Shown here: in pieces, positions 62,525 to 64,000 of the stretch
How the letters are laid out: the number at the start of each line of letters is the position of its first letter
Numbering within the stretch: the first letter of the stretch is position 1
Assembly (NCBI GenBank): GCA_963716395.1
Contig: OY970309.1
Location: 1,760,001 to 1,824,000 of the forward strand
Direction: 5' to 3'
Source: an uncultured Fibrobacteria bacterium
Lineage (GTDB): Bacteria; Fibrobacterota; Fibrobacteria; UBA11236
Length of the DNA: 64,000 nt
The notes under the pieces: model-generated
Told to the model about the DNA's origin: nothing
The model's input: only the letters and a program-made list of their open reading frames with translations
Database searches by the model: none
Made by a program: the position numbers and the translations under genes

Positions 62525-63916
62525 ATGGATCGGAAGTACGTCATCGAAGGCGGCCGCTATCTCAAAGGCGAGATCGCCGTGCGCGGCGCCAAGAATGCGG
62601 TCACCAAGGAAATGGTGGCTGCCTTGCTCGCCGCGGGCAAATCCACCTTGCGCAATGTTCCCGACATCGGCGACGTCGACATCACGCGCCGGCTGCTCGC
62701 GGCCCTGGGATGCCGGGTCGAACACGAGCGTGAAGCCGGAATCTTATGCGTGCACGGCGAAACTTTGGATACTCCCGAAGTTCCGGCCGAGTACTCGGGA
62801 TTAAACCGCATTCCCATTCTGCTGGCCGGCGTGCTCTTGCACCGCTTCGGCCGCGCCGTCATACCCGTGATGGGCGGCTGCGAAATCGGCGCGCGTCCCA
62901 TCGACTTCCATCTGGCGGGATTGCAGGAACTGGGCGCCCGCGTCGAATACCGCGACGGGGCTTACCGCTTCGAAGCCAAGCGGCTGACCGGCAAACGCAT
63001 CGTGCTGCCTTATCCCAGCGTGGGCGCCACCGAGAACCTGCTCATGGCGGCCGTGCTGGCCCAGGGCACCACCGAAATCCGCAATGCGGCCATCGAGCCC
63101 GAGATCGCCGATTTGGCCTTGATGCTGCAGGCCATGGGCGCCATCATTTCCCAGGAAACCGATCGCGCCTGGGTGGTGCAGGGCGTTGACGCCTTGCGGC
63201 CCGTGGACCACCGCGTGATCAACGATCGCATCGAAGCCGCTTCGTTCGCGGCCTCGGCTGTGGCCACACGCGGCGACGTTTTCATCCGCGGCGCCGACCA
63301 ATTGCACCTGCTCACCTTTCTCAACTGGCTGCGCCGCGCCGGCGGGGAATTTGAGGTCAAGGCCGACGGCATCCGCTTTTACGGCCGCGGAAGTAAATTA
63401 CGGCCCATCGCCGTGGAAACCGGCGTGCATCCGGGGCTGATGACCGATTGGCAGCAGCCGCTCGTCATGCTGCTGACCCAGGCCGACGGCATGTCGGTGA
63501 TTCACGAAACCGTGTACGAAAACCGCTTCGGCTATGTCGAAGCGTTGAACCGCATGGGTGCGCGCATCCAGCTTTTTCAGGAATGCCTGGGCGGCAAGGA
63601 GTGCCGCTTTCGCCATCTTGGCCATCTACATTCGGCGGTGATTCTAGGGCCGACACCCCTGCGCGGCGCCGCCATCGAAATTCCGGATTTGCGCGCGGGT
63701 TTTTCCTATTTGGTGGCCGCGGCTTTGGCCCAAGGCCGCACCACGCTGTCGGGCATCCGCTACATCGAGCGCGGCTACGACCGGGTGGTGGAGAAATTCC
63801 GCGCTTTGGGATTGCCGATTGAAGTCGTAGAGCAAGAGACGCGCCGCACGGCGCCCGATCCGGCCGTTGCGGCGGGCGCGCGCAATCCCACGGACAATTC
63901 CTCGGGCTCTTCCTGA
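62525..63916 (+). CDS. murA: UDP-N-acetylglucosamine 1-carboxyvinyltransferase
   Basis: GAKNA, GGCEIGARPIDFH, PSVGATEN, NAAIEPEI, DRIEA, ETVYENRF, PDLRAG, IERGY. Confidence 0.95.
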   Translation: MDRKYVIEGGRYLKGEIAVRGAKNAVTKEMVAALLAAGKSTLRNVPDIGDVDITRRLLAALGCRVEHEREAGILCVHGETLDTPEVPAEYSGLNRIPILLAGVLLHRFGRAVIPVMGGCEIGARPIDFHLAGLQELGARVEYRDGAYRFEAKRLTGKRIVLPYPSVGATENLLMAAVLAQGTTEIRNAAIEPEIADLALMLQAMGAIISQETDRAWVVQGVDALRPVDHRVINDRIEAASFAASAVATRGDVFIRGADQLHLLTFLNWLRRAGGEFEVKADGIRFYGRGSKLRPIAVETGVHPGLMTDWQQPLVMLLTQADGMSVIHETVYENRFGYVEALNRMGARIQLFQECLGGKECRFRHLGHLHSAVILGPTPLRGAAIEIPDLRAGFSYLVAAALAQGRTTLSGIRYIERGYDRVVEKFRALGLPIEVVEQETRRTAPDPAVAAGARNPTDNSSGSS

Positions 63917-63925
63917 CCTTTCGCC

Positions 63926-64000
63926 GTGACGCGAACTTTCTGCTTACTGTCGAAAAAAGGCGGTGTCGGCAAAACCACCTTGGCGCTCAACTGCGCCCAT
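63926..64000 (+). CDS. ParA/Soj/MinD family ATPase, 5' end only
   Basis: From GTG 63926: VTRTFCLLSKKGGVGKTTLALNCAH (deviant Walker A); runs off the window. Confidence 0.85.
   Translation, partial: MTRTFCLLSKKGGVGKTTLALNCAH

Overview
A GC-rich bacterial chromosomal window, most likely Fibrobacterota. This is inferred from a TIGR02147-family gene, a fibro-slime protein and several secreted proteins with T9SS-like C-terminal tails. The housekeeping backbone contains gyrB-dciA-recF, purF, thrH, nhaA, htpX, sixA-ppx-ppk1, rpiA, degP, fliW-csrA, secA, tmk, ctpA, murA, the start of a parA gene and tRNA-Val(CAC). There are two accessory zones. (1) At about 28.8-32.6 kb, a type IV pilin with a sigma54-type promoter and a PilG-like gene is interleaved with three toxin-antitoxin modules, two of them damaged. 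(2) At about 44.8-62.2 kb lies a partly AT-rich block of surface and secreted proteins. It ends in the most striking feature, a candidate polymorphic toxin locus: an 884-aa effector-like gene, a MORN/YwqK immunity gene, a duplicated orphan effector C-terminus and a second immunity allele. These are built as a ~1.55-kb tandem unit bounded by CGGATGCC, with alternating near-identical and highly divergent blocks. Several single-base frameshifts (secA tail, higB, Ig-repeat protein, first immunity gene) may be assembly errors. All product calls come from reading motifs by eye; no database search was run.
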